A DNA stretch of 64,000 nt. Origin: Eledone cirrhosa (taxonomy: Eukaryota). Below, in pieces: positions 15,421 to 28,200 of this stretch. The notes beneath the pieces are model-generated. The model did not search any database and was not told where the DNA came from. It was given only the letters and a program-made list of their open reading frames with translations. Made by a program: the position numbers and the translations under genes. The DNA is taken from positions 132,556,001 to 132,620,000 of the forward strand of contig OZ024740.1 of assembly GCA_964016885.1 (NCBI GenBank), written 5' to 3'. Numbering within the stretch: the first letter of the stretch is position 1; every line of letters starts with the position of its first letter.

Positions 15421-15940
15421 GTGTGAATAACTAATAATCGTTTGGTACACGCGATGATCCGACTGGTATGGCGGCTTTCCCGATCGCACACCAGGCGCTC
15501 GAGTCGATCAGCCTTCCTAGAGTGCTTGGAAAAATAAGTTTCCCCTTCCTTCGGTAAACGAAAATATTCGGAACGGTTGTTACGCCCGTGGGCCGTGGGC
15601 GGGCTTGGAATCCGCCGTGCTACCGGTTACTGACCATCAAACAGTATTTGAATTCTAGGCTTAATCATAACTTTAAAATTTATCATGACTCCTTCTACTA
15701 GCCCTTTTACAAAATCCCCCACCAGTGTGAATAACTAAGAATCGTTTGGTATATACACGATGATCAGCCGACGGTGGCGGGCTTCGCGCTAGCACCCCCG
15801 GCGCTTGAGACAGTTAACATTCCTGGAGTGCTCAGAAAAATAAATTTCCTTTCTTTCGGTAGACGAAAATACTCGGAACGGTTGACACGCCATTGGGCCA
15901 CGGGTGGGCTAAGAGTCCGCAACGTCACTGGTTACTGACC
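15421..15940 (+). repeat. Diverged tandem duplication of a ~215-bp long-hairpin unit (15421-15635, 15725-15940)
   Basis: Both copies share gtgtgaataactaa...aatcgtttggta and ...ggttactgacc. Period is about 304 bp. Confidence 0.8.
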
Positions 15941-15966
15941 CCCATATAAAGATTTTCATTATTTAT

Positions 15967-16143
15967 TATCGGTAGAGGGTCGGATGCCATGCTTTCCAGC
16001 ATAGTTACATCCCTTTGCGGTCTGAGTTCAAATCCCGCCGAGGTTAACTTTGCCTTTCATCCTTACGGGGTCGATAAAATAAAGTACCAGTAAAGTACTG
16101 TGTAATTAATTGGCCTTGTGCCAAAAGTAGAAACAATTATTAT
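15967..16143 (+). mobile_element. tRNA-derived SINE with Deu/Nin-like central domain
   Basis: Box B-like gagttcaaatccc, then gcctttcatccttacggggtcgataaaataaagtaccag, then an AT-rich tail. Confidence 0.85.
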
Positions 16144-16159
16144 TAGGGCCTTGGATTGT

Positions 16160-16340
16160 CAGTATGGGTAGAGGGTCGGACTTTGACGTATAAAGTTACG
16201 GCCCTTGCCATTCTGAGTTCAAATCCCGTCAAGGTTAACTTTGCCTTTCATCCTTTCATCCTTACGGGGTCGGTAAAATAAAGTACCAGTAATGCACTAG
16301 GTAATTGCTGGCCTTGTGCCTAACGTAGAAACAATTATTT
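16160..16340 (+). mobile_element. SINE of the same family (tandem second copy)
   Basis: Same motifs, with a small ttcatcct duplication. Confidence 0.85.
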
Positions 16341-19300
16341 ATATAAGAAAAGAAAAAAAAAGACGTAGAAACATATATATATAAACAATAAAAATGAAAA
16401 TTGAAACAATGAAAAATCCCCCAATAGGGGGTAAACCTCCGATGGTTACTCGTGGCGAAAACCACACAAAAGACCACGGCCAACTTGACCACCAGGGCAA
16501 GCGCCCTCTCTCAATTTTTCCATTTCTCAAACAACAGGCGTATATTCAGAGCGGTCCTGTTCACTCGAACCATCTCGCTAAATTCACCCACCTTTCAACA
16601 AACTTGCTAGAAGGCAGCACTTGCCTCTCCACCCTGATTTTCCTCTTCAAGTGAAACTTGAAAAAGTTAATTAGGGATTCGCCGAAGAGGAAAGTATCAG
16701 TCTTTAACCCTTTCAACCTTGTACACCACACAATCTATTTTGCCATGGCCACCAGGCAGATGAAAACCGCCCGCCCTTCCTCCTTGAAGGAAGACGGCGA
16801 GACCATCTGCACAATGGACTCAGTCGATAAGCGGATCAGTCCAACACGCGACAGCAACTGTTCGACATAGCTCCACAAGTCAACATGTTCGGATACTGAA
16901 CGAGTGCGTGCACGACGGTTTCGTCGTTCTGCGCGCATCTCGGACAGGCTCGGCTGACGGCACTTCCGTGACTGTAGAGCTTATCTCGAACCGGCAACGC
17001 TCCCCGGTAGCACTGACAGGTCAGGGATTTTTGGAAGTTATCCATAGGCCATGGGCTGAAAGTTCTCCGGAAGATTGCAAACAGCTGATCTTCTTCGACG
17101 CCCAGGATTTCTCCGAGAATGTCGTCGCATTTCCCTTCCACTATTCATCTATGGAACGCCGAAATGGATGATCCACCGATACTGGTGCCCAGCTGGCAGA
17201 GGGCAGTGAGGGCCTGGAGACATTCCAGTTTACAAGGAAGCACCAGAGATGTTGCAGCCTCAGCGTGTGTTTGCGCATCTTCAGCCATGGTATATCCCAG
17301 TCCTCCACGCAACCGGTGTTGACAGCAGATGGATCGTCTGACCATGGGAGCGCGTCCCTTTCACAAAAAGCGGAAGAGGAGGCGCTCCATTTTGGTGAGA
17401 GTTGGGCCGGGGCAAGGGACGACGGTGAGGCGGTAGCAGATGACGGAAGCGATGTACGCATTCGCCACCTCCCCAGGGCCTTTCAGGGAGAGCTTCCTCT
17501 CGGCCCATTTCTGTGTGAGGGGGGCCACCTTACTCGTCACCTCGCTCCAGTTTTTCTCCATCTGGATGTCCGGTCCGAACCAGGCCCCGAGCAATTTGCC
17601 GGTCCGTCTGTCCAACGCTACACGACATTTTCCAACGACATGGACTTGCCTCTCCAGGTGGCGAGCTGCAAGCCCACCACTTTTCCTGATTTATATTTGC
17701 TACTATCACCGCTTCGTATTCCTTGAAAGGGGGTGTGGAGCATCTGGACGTGTCTGGCAATCGACATCACCACGTTGACGTTGTCGGCGCAAGCCGACTC
17801 TGATTTCCCGCATCCTAGTTCGCGTGGGACGCCCCTCTTCGCCCCCAGTTTGTGCAGTAACGGATCGAGAGCCAATACGTACAAGAGGGACGAGAGTGGA
17901 CAACCCTGGCGGACCATGCATGGATTGATCCAAGTTGATCAGAGCCCCACCCTTGCCAGGTTCCTTAACCACCCTCTCTATGATGTATCGCATGAGATGG
18001 AGGTTGTCGTGTATGGATCTGTCCGTAATGGCGCATGTATGTGCCTTCCCACCAGACCCTTGACGACGAGCGCCAACCTCCTTGCTAACACCTTGGCCAA
18101 AATGTTGAATTCTGCGTTTAGCAGAAGTTAACGATAACATGCCCCTTGTTCGGGTCTTTTCTCGGCAGCGACACCGCTCCCCGGTTCACAAAACTGGGAA
18201 TGCTCCCGTTCTGCTCCCAGTTGCAGTAGACGTCTGCCAAGAGGTCGCCGAGCAAGTCTGGCATAAATGCATAAAGCTCGTAGGGCAGTCCATCCAAGCC
18301 TGGCGATTTACCCCTCGTGCAGTTAGCCATCCCTTCCCGTATTTCACCGGCTGTTATTGGCTTTTCGCAGCACTGTGCTGCGGTCGTTGACAGCCGAAGC
18401 AGTCCGTCGAGATATGCACTGAAATCCATAGCCCAATCCGGCCTCCCGCTGCTCCCGAACAGTTCAGCATAGTGCTGCTGAAAAGCTTCAGACATTTGCT
18501 CGGGTTCGATCAAAATGCGGCTGTTTTGGTCAGATAAAGACCGAATTGTGGCTTTCTTGACACGTCGCGCCTCTGCCACCCAGGCGCATTGGACGGCTTT
18601 TGTCGCCTCGTGTTTCAGAGTACGCGCTCTAGCTCTGACAACGCAGCCTTCGTGTTTTGCGTTGGAGAAAGGGTCGATGTGCCAATCTCACTGCAAGGAC
18701 GTCGGTTGCGATGCCTGTCCTAAATGCCTCTTCTAGCTTTCTGTCAAGCTCGCCCTCTACTCTATTTTCCTCTATCACTACTCCTTTGCTAAACCTAATC
18801 GAATCTACTTTAATTGCCCTTTTCAGGGCGAACCACCACCCGTTGTTGACGATCGCTCCCGTCAACGCCCGCTTAACTAATACGCTAATCCGGTCTCTGT
18901 AGGCTTTGTGCGCCGGGAAAGACGCGTTCAGCTTCCAGTAACCGGGTCCTTGTCTATGAAGTCTGTCGATGTCAATCTCACAAAACACAATTTTGTGGTC
19001 TGTGTAGTTGACTAATCTAAATTGTGGACAACTTATACTAGTCTTATCTAGTTCTCTGCCGAATATACTATCGAGATACGATCTGGATGACCCGATGCGG
19101 TTTGTCCATGTCCACATTGGCATATTCGGGTGATCCAGTCGATACTTGTCAGACAGTTCAAAACGTCTGAGCAGGTTGGCTAGGCTCTTGCACCCTCCTC
19201 CCCTATCCACTAGCCTCACACAATCTCAGCGTGCATCCAAGATACCGTTCCAGTCGCCCACTAACACTAAAGAGCGGGACGTTCCAAGAAAGGTCTCTAG

Positions 19301-21786
19301 ACATCTGAAGAAATCTGGCCGTCCTGCTCCAGTTGGGGGGTAGACGGCTAATAGCCTGAAAGCATTGCCTTCGCTGACGGTGACGTCCAGCAACAGAGAC
19401 TTACCAAGGGTCCAGGAAGATGGCCCGTATGGCGAGATCCAAGCCTCTCCGAAAAAGGACAGTAACCCCTCACCCCGATCCTGGACGGCTGGGAGATGCA
19501 TATACATCGTAGTCGCCGAAGATCGTTGCGAAGGCTCGTGCTTCGGAGATTCTGGTCTCGCTGATGGCTACCACATCTATGTTTAGTGACCTGAGGTCGT
19601 TGAGCAGGTGACCCTGCTGCCGAGATGACTCCAGGCCCCGTGCCTTTATACTGCCTATTCTAAGTACGGCCATGTTGGATGAGAAACGGGGCTGGTGAGA
19701 AAGGATCACTTACCTTGATCGTGTGGTGAAAGGACAGAAGAACCGTCCCTTTGGCTGGTCATGGGTGTTTCCAAGAGGATGTCAGTGTATATCCTCTTGG
19801 TAACCGACACTCTGAAACCTCCAACTGCGTTGGGGAATTATTGTTTTAAAAGTGTGTACTGTTCTATTTTGATATCAATGATGCTTATGTTTGTCGGGAG
19901 AGTTCTTGGTGTTGGTGGGGTGTAGTAGTTTTTTTCTGTGATGTCTGTGTGCTGCTTTATATATTGTATGAGTTCTTTATTTGCCATGTTTATGGCTGTA
20001 CCTTTTGGCGGGAGGGGTGAATTTGTTGCTGTTTTCTTCTTGTTGCATGGTAATGTGGTGGTGTTGCTGCAAGTCTCCTTGCAGCCTTTACCCCCTCTTG
20101 GTGTGCCTTCGCTTTTGGAGGGTGAAGCAAAGGGTTTTTTTGGGGTTTTTTGCTTTTTGTGGCAGACCGTTTGCCACTTCACTGCCGCCTCAGACTCCAT
20201 GTCTGATTACGCGGCTTTCGGCAGGGGCATGTGCTCCACAGCTGTTGGGGGTGGTAGTGGAGCCCTCTCCGGCGATTTTGTTGCTGATGCAGTTACTGCA
20301 AATGTAGCTACTGGTTTGCCCACACTGATGCTGCTGCTTTATTGTCCGTGGCCTTGGTACGAGTGCCACGGACGTTGCCCTCCTACTCACCATGGAAGGG
20401 GCCACTTCGTTTCTTGCCTGCCCTGCTCTTGGTAGCAACGGACCAGATATTGCAAGGAGAGGGGAATTCTTCTTCGCTGTCGTCTGCGGGCAAAAGGCCC
20501 TGACGTGACCCTTTGACCCACAGAGATAACATTTTGGCCATCTTCCTTCCACGTTTATAGGGAGTTGGAGTCCTTCCTCGAGGTCTATTATATCGGGGAT
20601 AGCGTCAATACAATCCTGGTTAGTTTGTATAAGTATTTGCATGCCTATACCTGACCAGTTCTCTCTCCCTATTATCTCTACTTGCAGCATGGTCGTCCTG
20701 TCCTCGATTCCAGCAAGGACAGACGCGGCCAGCCAAGGTATGAACACGTCGGGTGGAGCCTGGGTCACTTTTACCCTCACAATTTTCTGCCCGCAGTAGT
20801 ATGGCACCAATTCTATCTCCTCACTCTTTAGAGTTTCTAAAGAGTGAGACTTCGCCTCTTGGGGGGGGGGGGGGGTGACGAAAAGTACGTCTACTGTGGC
20901 GAACTTTCTGCCTTGGGTGATGTGGGTTTTGCGTGCCCAGAGGCACCCCAATGCCTTTTGTATTTGAGCATCCTTGGCTCTCTTCACACGATGTGAGATT
21001 TTGCTTACGGTGCGGTAAGTCACCGTCCGTAGCTGCTGGTCCTTTGAAAAATCGGGTGGGGGTTTCAAGGAAACTCTATTTGCGTGTCTTGTCACCATGG
21101 CCCTTGCGACTGCCATCGCCTCCTCTGTGACTAACACTGTTTCGATATTTCGGGCGACACCTTGAAAAGAAGTGGTCCGTTTTTCAGCGGCACCACCATT
21201 GCTGCTGCCACTGGTCTTGCTGGTGCTGCTGAGATCGCTGTTACAGGTATCGATGTCATTGTTGATGTTTTCGTTGGTACAGTTGTTGCTGTTGTTGTTG
21301 TTGTTTTCGTTGATACTGTTGTTGTTGTTACTGGTAGTGTGGCTGTTGTTATTATTGTTGTTATTATTGTTGTTTTTGTTGATACGGTTCCTACTATTAT
21401 AGATGTTGTGGTTATTGTTATTGTCATTCTCGACCTTACCGTTGTTATTTTTGCTGTTGCTGTTGTTATTGGTGGTGTTGTTGTTGGTGTTATTGTTGGT
21501 GTTGTTTGTGTTAGAAATATTTGGTAATTTTAAATCTGTAACAATATCATTAAAAATGATATTGTTCCTCTTTTACTTCGTAATATTTTCTTTTATATTT
21601 ATCTTCGCTAGAACGCTGTCTTTTCGATATGTTGACAAAGTCTCCCTCTCTCTGTGTTGTCTGACAGGGCTCTCTCTCTTTCTTGTGTTATCCATGTTGA
21701 AAGACATTTTTTTTTCAAATAATATTTTTTCACAATACGACACCCCGGAAAGGGGTGCCGTATTATTTACGAGTAAATCCCTGTAT
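16341..21786 (-). mobile_element. Near full-length Tx1/L1-clade LINE (ORF1 zinc knuckle; ORF2 APE-RT), inactivated
   Basis: ORF1 contains CYLCGSKGHVRAFC. ORF2 starts at ATG 19673: VVAISETR, VGDWNG, NYTDHK, GKSPGLDGLP, VRQGCPLS. Frameshifts and an RT deletion near 17920. Confidence 0.92.
19707..21520 (-). pseudogene. Tx1 ORF1 (gag-like, CCHC), frameshifted
   Basis: Pieces 21131-21427, 20190-21137 and 19838-20200, continuing past a TAA to ...HDQGK*. Confidence 0.75.
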
Positions 21787-22046
21787 TAGGTGGGACACTT
21801 CTTCTGAATTGTTATCAAGTTTAAAACTTGAATAAATGGTTTAGAACGGTTGAAAACGAGGTAAACTGTTGAAAGAAAACTGGAGGCGATAAGAAGCGTG
21901 GCTTCACCTTCAATAATAATAATAATAATTGTTATTATTATAATGATGTCTTTGTTGGCCACAAGGGCTGGCATCAAGGAAAACATTACAGACGGCACAG
22001 GACGGTACAGAATGGTAGGATGTGGGTTTTGTGCGTGTAAATATTT

Positions 22047-24168
22047 TTATTATTTATATAAGAAAAGAAAAAAAAAGGACATAGAAACATATATATATAT
22101 AAACAATAACAATGAAAATTGAAACAATGAAAAATTCCCCAATAGGGGGTAAACCTCCGAGGATTACTCGTGGGGAAAACTACACAAAAGACCACGACCA
22201 CCCTGACCACCAGGGCAAGCGCCCTCTCACAATTTTTCCATTTCTCAAACTACAGAGGTATATTCAGAGGTATAGTCCCGTTCAATCGGATCATTCTCGC
22301 TACATTCACCCACCATTCAACAAACTTGCTAGAAAGCAGCAGTTGCCTCTCCACCCTGATTTTCCTCTTCAACTGAAACTTGAAAAAGTTCATCAGGGAT
22401 TCGCCGAAGAGGAATGTGTCTGTCTTTAACCATTTTAACCTTGTCAACCACACAATCTCTTTCGCCATGGCGACCAGGCAAATGAAAACCGCTTGCCCTT
22501 CCTCCTCGAAGGAAGACGACGAGACCATTTGCACAATGGACTCAGTCGACAACCGGATCAGTCCAAACACGCGACAGCAACTGTTCGACATAGTTCCACA
22601 AGTCAGCAATGCTCGGACACTGAACGAGTGCGTGCACGACGGTTTCGTCGCTCTGTGCGCATCTCGGACAGGCTCGGCTGACGGCACTTCCGTGCCTGTA
22701 CAGCTTATCTCGAACTGGCAGCGCTGCCCGGTAGCACTGCCGGGCCAGGGATTTTTGGAAGTTATCCTTAGGCCTCGGGCTGAAAGTTCTCCGGAAGAGA
22801 GCAAACAGCTGACTTCTTCGACGCCCAGGATCTCTCCGAGAATGTCGTTGCTCTTCCCCTCCACTAGTCCTCTATAGAACGCCGAGGTGGATGTTCCACC
22901 GATGCTGGTGCCCAGCTGGCAGAGGGCAGTGAGCGCCTGGAGACATTCCAGTTTCCAAGCGCTATCCCTCGGTCTTTTTCTGACCCAGGACTTGAGTTTC
23001 GTCAAGGAGACGAGCTGTGGGAAAACGTACCTGGCAAACGGTGACCAGACCTGTTCACAATCAAAGAAGCACCAGAGATGTCGCAGCCTCAGCGCATGTT
23101 TGCGCATCATCAGCCATGGCATGCTCAGTCCTCCACGTAACGGGTGTTGACAGCAGATGGATCGTCTGACCATGGGAGCGCGTCCCTTCCACAAAAAGCG
23201 GAAGAGGAGGCGCTCCATTTTGGTGACAGTTGGGCTGCAGCAAGGGACGACGGTGAGGCGGTTGCAGATGACGGATGCGATGTACGCATTCGCCACCTCT
23301 CCCGGCCTTTCAGGGACAGCTTCCTCTCGGCCCATTTCTGGGTGAGGGAAGTCACCCTGCTCGCCACCTCGTTCCAGTTTTTCTCCATCTGGAGGTCCGG
23401 TTCGAACCAGACCCACGAGCAATTTAACCGGTCCGTCCGTCCAACGCCCCACGACGCTGTCGGACGGCATGGACTTGACTCTCCAGGTGCCGAGCTGCAA
23501 GCCCACCGACATTTCCTGGTTTTCTTTGCTCCTGTTACCGCTTCGTATTCCTTGAGAGCGCTGCCGAGCATCTGGACGTGTCTGGTGCTCGACACCACCA
23601 CGGTGAAGTTGTCAGCGTAAGCCTACTCGGATTTCCCGCATCCTAGTTCGCGTGGGACGCTCCTCACCGCCCCCAGTTTGTGCAGTAACGGCTCGAGAGC
23701 CAATACGTACAAGAGGGACGAGAGGGGACAACCCTGGCGGACTGAGCGCATGATGCTGAACGGCTGCGACAGTTGACCGTTCACCCTCACAACTGAGCAG
23801 ATGTCGCTGTACATTGCTGCGATCCAACGCCTGAAAACGGGCCCGAAACCCGCTGCCTCGTGCACCGCTGCCAGGTACCGATGGTCGACCCTATCGAATG
23901 CTTTGGATTGATCCAAGTTGATCAGGGCCCCACCCGTGCCCGGTTCCTTAACCACCCTCTCTATGATGTATCGCATGAGGTGGAGGTTGTCGTGTATGGA
24001 TCTGTCCGGAATGGCGCATGTCTGTGCCTCTCCCACCAGACCCTTGAACAAGCGCCAACCTTGTTGCTAACACCTTGGCCAAAATCTTGAACTCTGCGTT
24101 TAGCAGGGTTATGGAACTGAAATTATCGATAACATCGCCCTTGTTCGGGTCTTTTATCAGCAGCGCCA
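22047..24168 (-). mobile_element. 5'-truncated Tx1/L1 copy (same subfamily as 16341-21786)
   Basis: Nearly identical 3' UTR. RT motifs DQSKAFDRVDH, VRQGCPLS and AYADN. Confidence 0.92.
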
Positions 24169-24179
24169 CATAATAATGA

Positions 24180-24430
24180 TTACTTATCGCAAATCCCAGG
24201 AAACCCGCGTATAGGAGAAATACAAAAGATAGTACTAATGGGAGCTGCCTATATACTAAGGAACATTATGTCAATATAAGTACATCATAAGTCTAAACAC
24301 CTAAAGATGCATGTGTGTGTATGTATGTTCATCCTGAACATGGCGGACCTTGTTGTCTCTTGAGGTCACTGGTTGTGACTTGGTGATAACTCTTATGAAC
24401 ATAAAGCAAGATAAATGCCTTCTGTAATAA
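24180..24430 (+). mobile_element. Short 3' fragment of an R4/Dong-like element
   Basis: Translates QIPGNPRIGEIQKIVLMGAAYILR*. Flanked by (TAA)n. Confidence 0.6.
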
Positions 24431-24439
24431 TAATAATTG

Positions 24440-24610
24440 ATTCTAATTTAGGCACAAGGCCAGCAATTACACAGTGCATTACTGGTACTTTATTTTATCG
24501 ACCCCGTAAGGATGAAAGGCAAAGTCAACCTCGGCGGGATTTGAACTCAGATCGTAAAGGGACGTAACTATGCTGGAAAGCATGGCGTCCGACCCTCTAC
24601 CGATACTGCC
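24440..24610 (-). mobile_element. Deu/Nin-type SINE
   Basis: Reverse complement of the SINE at 15967. Confidence 0.85.
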
Positions 24611-24625
24611 ATAATAATAATAATA

Positions 24626-25020
24626 TTGTAATTGAGAAAGTGTGGCACCTCAAGGCCGTTACAATACCAGTGATTGTGGGGGGACTGGGAATGATCAAGA
24701 AAGGAACAGAACAATATTTGCGAATGATTCCAGGCTTACCCTCTCTGCACGAAGTGCAATAAATTGTTTTGACTGGTACTGCACATTTATTGAGAAGAGC
24801 ACTATCTCTGTAAGATTGATATCCCTCCTTGTATTTGCATATGCATATGCACATGTGTCTATATGTATACTGATTTTTTTTTGTTTTGTTTTTTTTTAAA
24901 TTATAATCAATGTGCTGTATTAACTGGCTTACCAATGCACACTGTGAATTTATTTGCCCTAGGTGTCAGGAAGACACTTGGCATGTATCTCAGAAACAAT
25001 ATTGAAAGAAAATAAAAATG
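24626..25020 (+). mobile_element. Short 3' fragment of an R4/Dong-like element
   Basis: IEKVWHLKAVTIPVIVGGLGMIKKG...VLTGTAHLLRR. Sits between (TAA)n tracts. Confidence 0.7.
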
Positions 25021-25022
25021 AC

Positions 25023-25053
<31 letters not shown>

Positions 25054-25069
25054 GTAATAATAATAATAA

Positions 25070-25252
25070 TAATTGTTTCTACTTTAGGCACAAGGCCAGC
25101 AATTATCCAGTGCATTACTGGTACTTTATTTTATCGACCCCGTAAGGATGAAAGGCAAAGTAAACCTCGGCGGGATTTGAACACAGACCGTAAAGGGACG
25201 TAACTATGCTGGAAAGCATGGCGTCCGATTCTCTACCGATACTGCCAATCCA
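25070..25252 (-). mobile_element. Deu/Nin-type SINE
   Basis: Reverse complement of the SINE at 15967. Confidence 0.85.
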
Positions 25253-25255
25253 CCG

Positions 25256-28200
25256 TAATAATAATGATTTCATTTATTAGCCACAAGGGCCGACATGTAG
25301 GGGAAAATACAAAGACAGGGACAGTGGGGGTTTACAATAAGGTCGAGTAAAAGTGCACAATGGCAAGACTAATTTAACAATGAAGATATGAAAACATAAA
25401 ATAAACTTTGCATAAATACAACAAAATAAATTCCCCGATAGGGGGTGGACGACGCTGGGGTGACACGGGTACCCCACCAATCCTGAACCACCATGCGCTT
25501 CTAGAGCACCCAGGTAGAGCACCGCTTTCTTCAAGTTAGCTAGCCTATAGGCGCATGGTCAGCGTAGGCCCATTCACACGAGCCATTCTCGCCACATCCA
25601 TGCACCTTTTAGCAAATGTACTGGGGAGCAGCACTTGTCTCTCCAGCATCACCTTCCTTCCCAGGTGAAACTTGAAGAAGTTGATGGGGGATTGGCCGAA
25701 GAAAAAAGTGTCTGGCTTCAGTCCTTTTAACCTGGTCCACCATATAACATCTTTCGCAACTTCCACCAGACAGAGGATTATTGCCTGCTCTTCCTGACCT
25801 AAGGAAGGCCGTAGGTCGATCTTCACTATTGACTCGGCCGATAGCCGGGTTCGCTCCACACGCGACAGTAGCTGTTCGACATATCTCCACAAATCAGTAA
25901 TGCACAGACATTGGACAAGTGCGTGCAGAACGGTTTCGTCGTTCAGTGCGCATCTTGGCCAGGTCCGTCTGACAGCACTTCAGCGCCTCTAGAGTTTATC
26001 CCGAACCGGCAGTGCCCCCCGGTAGCACTGCCAAGCGAGGGATTTCTGGAAATTGTCCATCGTCCCCGGCTCGAAAGTCCTCAGGTATAGACTCGTCAGT
26101 TCGACTTCGTCGAGGACCAATGCTTCTCCGTGTGCGTCATCCCACTTGCCCACCACTAATCGCTTTAGAACTCGAGAGTGGAAGTTCCACTGATCGCTTT
26201 GCGCACTTGGTAGAGGGTAGTGAGTGCCTGAGAACATTTCAGGTGAAAGTCACCCAGTCTCGGGCTCTTTTTGACCCAGGACTGCAGTTCAGTCAAAGAA
26301 ACGAGCTGCGGAAAGGCCCGTCTGATAAACGGCGACCACACCTGTTCACCGTTTAGTCAAAATATCTGGAGATGTCGCAGCCTCAACGCAAGTCTGCGTA
26401 TCATTAGCCACGACATGCCCAGCCCTCCACGTAGAGGGTGCTGGCAGCAGAAGGACCGCTCACCAACGGAACTTCTCCCCTCCACAAGAACTTGAAGAGG
26501 AGCCGTTCCAACTTGACGAGGCGCGAATGGGGGCAAGGCACGACGGTCAGGCGGTAGTAGATGACGGACGCGATGTACGCATTCGCCACCTCCACGCGAC
26601 TTTTCAGTGATAGCTTCCTCCCAGACCAATTTTGGGTGAGACTGGCTACTCTGCTCGTTACCTCGTCACAATTTTTTTCCACCTGGAGGTCTGGTCCGAA
26701 CCAAACCCTGAGCAAGTAAACGGGTCCGCCCGTCCAGCGCCCCACGTCGCTGTTGGACGACATGGGCTTGCTTCTCCAGGTTCCGAGCTGCAAGCCCACC
26801 GACTTTTCCGGGTTAAGTTTGCCTCCTGTCAATCTTTCATATTCCTTCAATAAGGTGCCGACCACCTCGATTTCTGAGGTGTCCGACACTATCACGGTGA
26901 TGTCCTCCGCATAAGCCGACACCGCCTTTCCACGTCCCGGTTCGAGCGGGATTCACTGCAACAGCTCCAGCTTCCGAAGAAGGGAAGAGAGAGGGCACCC
27001 TTGACAGACCGATCAGGAGAGCCGAAATGGTTCCGAGAGGTGGCCATTAACCTTGACCACCGAGCGTGTGCCGCGGTGCATTGCAGCGATCCAGCTTCTG
27101 AAGACAGGGACGAAGCCAGCTGCTTTGAGGACAAAGTCCTGATACCGATGGTCGACCCTATCGAATGCTTTCGATTGATCTAAATTGATCAGTGCCCCAC
27201 CGAAGCTAGGTTTACACCCTACCCTCTCTATGATTTATCGCATGAGGTGGAGATTGTCGTGTATGGACCTGTCTGAGATTGCGCAAGTTTGCGCCTCCCC
27301 AACCAAATCCTCGACGACAAGCGCCAATCTCTTTGGTAACACCTTGTCCAAAATCTTAAACTCTGTGTTGAGCAGAGTTATAGACCTGATGTTGTCTAAT
27401 GTATCTCTCTTGTTCTCGTCTTTCCTTATCAGCGTCACCAATCCCCTGCTCACAGAACTGGGAATACTCCCATTCTGCTGCCAGTTGCAGTAGAGTGTTT
27501 CGAGGAGATCGGAGAACAAGTCTGGCATGTTTACGTAAAGCTCATAGGGCAGGCCATCCAAACCAGGTGACTTGCGTCTCATGCAGCCGACAATAGCGTC
27601 CTGAATTTCGGCTGAAGTAATCGGCCTTTCGCAGCGCTCAGCGTCAACCGTTGAGATGTGGGGCAAGCCGTCAAGGTAGGGACTGAAATCTGCTATTCTT
27701 TCTGACTCGCCACTCTTCCCGAACATCCAAGCAAAGTGCTGGCGAAAGGCCTCACCCATCCGCTGTGAATCGCTTATCTTTTGTCCGTCTCGGTCCGCCG
27801 AAGACCGAATTGTGGTTTTATTACCACGCTGCGATCCGCCACACGGGCCCATCGAAGAGATTTGGTTCCCTCGTTTCCTAGCGCACGCGCCTTAGCTCTG
27901 ACAATGCAACCGTTGTGATTCGCATTGAAGAAAGAGTCTTATGACATTATCGCTAGCACGTCAGTTGCAATGCCACTACAATTAGCCTCGTCTAACTTAT
28001 CTACCAGCTCCCCCTCCTTTCTATTTTTCTCTAACGCTACTTCTTTGCTGAACTCTGTCGAAGTTAATCTAATCTCTCTTTTGAGAAAACATCTGTTGTT
28101 GATGATCCCCCCCCCCCCCCCCCAACCCACCGTCAACATTGGCTTAACTAAATTGTTGACTCGGTCTCTGTAAGACTTACGTGCTGGAAATGACATGTTC

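Noticed and set aside
15421-15635. U3 snoRNA identity for the duplicated hairpin
   Set aside because: Size and GATGA/CTGA fit, but boxes A, B and C are not recognisable.
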